The notes under the pieces were generated by a model, which searched no databases, was not told the DNA's origin, and worked only from the letters and a program-made list of their open reading frames with translations. This document shows, piece by piece, positions 63,301 to 64,000 of a DNA stretch of 64,000 nt; within the stretch, counting starts at the first letter, position 1, and every line of letters starts with the position of its first letter. The position numbers and the translations under genes are program-made. The DNA comes from Phaeosaccion multiseriatum (lineage: Eukaryota > Protista > Ochrophyta, other classes), in contig OZ218962.1 in NCBI GenBank assembly GCA_965112735.1, forward strand, positions 992,001-1,056,000, read 5' to 3'.

Positions 63301-64000
63301 AGCGTGACGAACGTCTTCCGACCGAAGGTGCAGGGAGCGGTCAACTTGCACGAGCTTTCTTTGAGTTGGTCGAGGGAGGAGGATCACGCCTCAAGCCTGG
63401 ATTTCTGTGTGCTTCACATCCATGGCTGGAGTACTGGGCAACGCTGGACAGGCCAACTACGCTGCGGCGAACGCGGCTGTGGATGGTTTGATGCGGCACA
63501 GGCGACACCTCGGCCTCGCAGGGATGTCATTGCAGTGGGGACCGTGGGCTGACGTTGGTATGGCCGCCCAGCTCGACAGTGCGGTCCAAAAGCAGTTTGA
63601 GCTTGCGGGAGTGGGCACGGTGTCAGCTGAGCTGGGTATGGCTGCCTTAGATGCCGCTGTGATGTCGTCAGCGTCTTCAGCGTCTTTGGGTGATGTGTCC
63701 ATCCTGCCTGGGATGGACTGGGCCATGTATGGGAAGGCCACGAGAGGTGGGCGTGTTCACATGCTCGAAGGGCTTTTGGGCGATGTAAAGGGGGATCTGA
63801 AAGCAGGAGAAGGAAATTCGGAGCTACATGAGGAGTTGTTGGACCTGCCACCGGTGGCGCGCCAGGCGATGGTCGTGAACAAGGTGAAGCAGGTTGTGGC
63901 GCACTGCATTGGAGACGAAGGTGGTCTGATTCATGATTCCACGCTCCTCATGGAGGCCGGTGTGGACTCGTTGGCTTCGGTGGAGATTGTCAACCGACTC
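33386..64000 (+). CDS. Giant multimodular type I polyketide synthase (loading module plus at least 5 extension modules), 3' partial
   Basis: 12 GT-AG exons with consistent phases: 33386-33699, 34028-34176, 34281-34355, 34491-34838, 35371-35880, 36145-37267, 37430-38201, 38354-43614, 43722-48770, 48935-53194, 53348-58465, 58623->64000 (~28.4 kb coding, ~9450 codons). Contains six KS (MDPxQR, TxCSSS, HGTGT, KxNxGH, SFGxGG), three AT (GHSLG, HAFH), four DH, four ER, five KR and six ACP (G[LMV]DS[LM]). Start codon uncertain; one frameshift near 63406. Confidence 0.95.
33584..36570 (+). other. PKS loading module: KS (active-site Cys>Ser) - ACP1, no AT
   Basis: DIAIVGMACRFPGG; INTASSSSL (TCT at 34649-34651); EAHGTGT; KTNLGH; NSFGFGGVNAH; ACP EAGMDSL at ~36435-36455. 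Confidence 0.88.
35918..36020. repeat. (CACT)n microsatellite in PKS intron 5; GA-rich tract at 34965-35230 in intron 4
   Basis: Direct reading. Confidence 0.92.
36645..42920 (+). other. PKS module 2: KS-AT-DH-ER-KR-ACP (fully reducing)
   Basis: DTLCSSS; FLFTGQGSQY, GHSLG, VSHAFHS; DHAVGGVVLMPG and HPAVLD; LNFRD, LIHAASGGVG, EIGK; ISGGLGALG, VLDD, GQANYAAAN; GLDSM. Confidence 0.92.
40825..42520 (+). repeat. Near-identical direct repeat (ER-KR block), copy 1; copy 2 at ~45978-47670
   Basis: Constant offset of 5153 nt; off-frame ORFs in the track recur almost verbatim (e.g. 40936/46089, 41708/46861, 42187/47340). Confidence 0.92.
42985..48080 (+). other. PKS module 3: KS-DH-ER-KR-ACP (AT-less)
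   Basis: DTACSSS; KS ends ~44333 and the post-AT linker motif LFPNRVAFPW follows after ~25 aa; EHAVGGVVLMPG; ER and KR near-identical to module 2; GLDSM. Confidence 0.92.
43722..44335 (+). repeat. Near-identical repeat (C-terminal half of KS3); copy at ~48935-49548 in KS4
   Basis: Offset 5213 nt; the peptide from RCKTFDASANG to NAHVLLRSYG is nearly identical. Confidence 0.9.
48140..52500 (+). other. PKS module 4: KS-AT-KR-ACP (no DH, no ER)
   Basis: DTACSSS; GHSLG, HAFH; KR ISGGLGGLG, HAAGVTGAK (no LDD), NQSAYAGAN; GLDSM. Confidence 0.9.
49612..50595 (+). repeat. Near-identical AT-coding repeat; copies at ~59330-60350 and partly at ~38405-39085
   Basis: Long identical stretches such as YCQPCLFVLEYALCELWKSEGVEPSMVMGHSLGEVVAAC at nucleotide level. 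Confidence 0.9.
52566..57770 (+). other. PKS module 5: KS-DH-ER(degenerate?)-KR-ACP (AT-less)
   Basis: QTACSSS; LYSTRQAFRW shortly after KS; DHAVNNVVIIPG; ER with LNFWD, SSID, DIGR substitutions; VLDD; GLDSL. Confidence 0.9.
54110..57400 (+). repeat. Diverged direct repeat (DH-ER-KR of module 5); copy at ~60430-63720 in module 6
   Basis: Collinear with many identical blocks (PSGEVVQEGDGMRL, PSTQEEAPGSD, ER core, VVSDGTYVISGGLGALG). Confidence 0.88.
57843..64000 (+). other. PKS module 6: KS-AT-DH-ER(degenerate?)-KR-ACP; frameshift within KR, ACP cut by window end
   Basis: DTMCSSS; GHSLG, HAFH; DHAVNNMVIVPG; LIHAASDGVG; VLDD; after the shift at ~63406 the next frame gives FTSMAGVLGNAGQANYAAAN...EAGVDSLASVEIVNRL. 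Confidence 0.88.

Noticed and set aside
36120-63552. Reading the long PKS ORFs as a bacterial-style multi-gene operon
   Set aside because: Each break falls mid-domain (mid-KS, or mid-AT at 38202) with GT...AG ends and phases that restore the conserved peptide; they are exons of one eukaryotic gene.
38438-63851. Many antisense and off-frame ORFs over the PKS
   Set aside because: Expected shadows of GC-rich codon usage; they recur with the duplicated blocks and have no independent motifs.

Overview
This is eukaryotic genomic DNA with GT-AG introns and microsatellite-rich non-coding sequence. A bipartite plastid-targeting peptide plus an axonemal dynein suggest a flagellated alga with a secondary plastid, probably an ochrophyte (inference). 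I reconstructed three genes by hand. (1) 221-28743, minus strand: the 5' ~3700 codons of a single-headed inner-arm-type axonemal dynein heavy chain, in 43 phase-consistent exons, running off the window start. (2) 29082-31495, minus strand: a two-exon RluA-family pseudouridine synthase with a probable plastid-targeting presequence. (3) ~33386 to beyond 64000, plus strand: a giant spliced modular type I polyketide synthase (>9400 codons, 12 exons, still open at the window end). Its architecture is KS(Cys>Ser)-ACP | KS-AT-DH-ER-KR-ACP | KS-DH-ER-KR-ACP | KS-AT-KR-ACP | KS-DH-ER*-KR-ACP | KS-AT-DH-ER*-KR-ACP. AT-less and cis-AT modules strictly alternate, KS2-KS6 share one intron position, several blocks are near-identical duplicates, two ER domains look degenerate, and there is a frameshift at ~63406. 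A probable hAT transposase remnant lies between genes 2 and 3. The PKS is the best candidate for an undescribed system. The polarity of repeats inside the dynein introns is a second, independent signal. All domain boundaries are approximate and no database search was run.
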